Shown piece after piece: positions 61,922 through 64,000 of a DNA stretch of 64,000 nt. The first letter of the stretch is position 1; the number at the start of each line of letters is the position of its first letter. Source of the DNA: Octopus sinensis (Eukaryota); the NCBI RefSeq assembly GCF_006345805.1, contig NC_043012.1, positions 7,998,001 through 8,062,000 on the forward strand. The letters run 5' to 3'. Under the pieces are notes generated by a model that searched no databases, was not told the origin of the DNA, and was given only the letters and a program-made list of their open reading frames with translations. A program made the position numbers and the translations under genes.

Positions 61922-63097
61922 TGGTCGGCCCGAGGCTATAGTAAAAGACATTTGCCCAAAGTGCCACACAGTGGGACTGAAACCCGGCACCATTATGGTT
62001 GGTAAGCAAGCTACTTACCACACAGCCACTCCTATGCCTATAAAAAGGATTGTTAAAATATTTTTTTCTATTGTAGAAGTATCACCAATTTATTGTCGAC
62101 AATCTTTAACTATAACGACTTATATAGACCTCCAAGTCACTAGCCTAGCTAGTGGGGGCGGTAGGGGCAGTCAGCTCCAGGTGGCACTTTTCATCCAGTT
62201 GTAGGTTATTGCTGTAAGCAACATGTGTTTTGTGTGGGGTCTGGGGGCAGGAAACAGAAGGGCTGCCCTAGGTGGCAGACACTCTAGCTACACTACTGCT
62301 CCAAGGACCCTGGTTGAGAACCACTCTCATTACATCATGGTGTTCTCATGCAGCTGTAAAACCTATGGCGCCAACCAAACCAAAACCACAACCATCCCCA
62401 CTTACATAAAAGCCAAACAAAACAAAAAAATGGCATAAAACAGTAAAAATGCAAAAAAAAAATGCCAACATTTTGTGAGTTGTGACTTTATAATCCAACA
62501 CAAGGAATTCTAAAATCCACTTCAGATTTTTGGCACAGTTCGGGGGGGGGGGGTATTTAATTTTTTTGTTATTTTAGAGGGATTATAATATTCTTCTGAG
62601 ATTATATCAGTTTGGTTTTTTTATTTTATTTTTGTTTTTTTTACTTTAGTTTTCAAATTCTAGATGCTGCTTAAAATATTTGAATATTTGAGTCATTTGT
62701 TATTGTTAATGGGTGTCAGTGTTTATAGTGTGTGTGTGTGTGTGTGTGTGTGCGTGTGTAATAACTGTAATTACAGCCTTCGGGTTTATTCAAAAATTTA
62801 TAAATATATATATATACACACACATATATATGTATATACACACATATACATACATATATATATACACACACATATATATATACGTATATATAATACATAC
62901 ATACATTTATATAAAGTAGTGAGGAAGACAAACAATTAGTCAAGGCAGGACTATGGCATTTAAATTCATTTAATTCCACCTAAAAATAACAAAAATGATA
63001 ATAAAAAACTGGTAAAGACAGTAGAGATAGTTTCTGGGATTTCCCAGTTATTGAATCATCATATTACATGAGGAATATTTGAAGGAAGATATTAAGT

Positions 63098-63543
63098 GAC
63101 TAGAATCCTTCGATCACCTCTGCCTGTGCCGCATCCTTCGTGTCCAATGGCATCACTTTGTCTCCAACAATTCGCTGTAGAATCACCTCCCTCCGACAAG
63201 TCATCCTAACGAGACGTCTGCGTTGGCTGGGTCATGCCCTCCGTCGTCAACCAGGAGAATTCATCTATGAAGCAACTGTCCCAGCTCCTCTTCAGGGTTG
63301 GTGAAAGCGATATGGTGGACAACGAAAAACCTGGCTGATGACAGTCAAGGCTGATCTGGAACCCAGCCTAGGCCCCCATATCTATGGCGTTTGCCGCTGG
63401 AATAAGGAGTGGTTGGAGATCACGCAGTTGTTAGCCTCAAATCACCAGGTCTGGTTGGCGTTTGTGAGAGATGCAGCACTGAGGATGAATGAAGCCAGCT
63501 CAACCCACCCCGGGTGAATGCTGTCTCAAGTCAAGTCAAGTCA
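63098..63543 (+). mobile_element. 3' fragment of a second RTE-type LINE family with (CAAGT)n tail
   Basis: LESFDHLCLCRILRVQW...RRLRWLGHALRR...GGQRKTWLMTVKADL; ends caagtcaagtcaagtca. Confidence 0.85.
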
Positions 63544-64000
63544 ATCATCATATTGATTGAAGACTGTAAACCAGGTATTCTGTCATCGGAGTAATGAATG
63601 AAGAAATATATGATAGACAGTGGAAAGAAAGCTCCTCTTTAATGATATTTGTTGTTGTTCATTATGGTTCATTATGTTCAGGAGGGTTTAATTAAATCCA
63701 TTTGATTTGGTATTTCCCCAAGTATATCCGTAGGTGTATCCTTAGATTAAATAAAATAATGTATTTGACTTGAGATACTCATTATGCCTCAGCATTTGTT
63801 GTCCTCTTTCACAAATATATATCTGCTGAATTGGAAACCTAAAATGGTTCCATAGTTCCTGTCTCAGTTATGAGCTTGGGACCCTGATAATCCATTACAG
63901 CACTTACCCAGCATAGCTATTCATTTAGATTACCAGTGAACTAAACCCTTATATTCTGTGTATATATATACTCTTTTACTTGTTTCAGTCATTTGACTGT

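Overview
AT-rich, microsatellite- and repeat-dense eukaryotic DNA. The repeat landscape (RTE LINEs with a (GAT)n tail, several tRNA-headed SINE families, long TA/CA microsatellites) looks like Octopus / coleoid cephalopod; this is an inference, not a lookup. Two convergent host genes are supported. (1) A two-coding-exon ZIP (SLC39A1/2/3-type) zinc importer on + (24446-24591 and 33008-34001, 379 aa). (2) The last three exons of a guanylate cyclase on - (59676-59593, 57843-57752, 53175-53104). Most of the rest is transposon-derived: a near-full-length decayed RTE LINE, RTE 3' fragments, R4/Dong-type RLE LINE fragments (one split by a 575-bp solo LTR), mariner/pogo/hAT relics, about 25 copies of one SINE family and several others. 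The most interesting signal, absent from the ORF track, is a set of minimal type-I hammerhead ribozyme motifs (CUGANGA - stem II - GAAAC - palindromic stem III - GUH) in short non-autonomous elements with a Penelope-like architecture. One sits behind a tRNA-like Pol III head, one is sense inside the ZIP intron and one is in an inverted-repeat element just after the ZIP stop codon. Also notable are an 82-bp minisatellite carrying clustered MRE cores (TGCRCNC) just upstream of ZIP exon 2, and a 4 x ~420-bp tandem array with ABAB higher-order structure. Repeat boundaries were read by eye and are approximate; exon, ribozyme-core and TSD coordinates were counted base by base.
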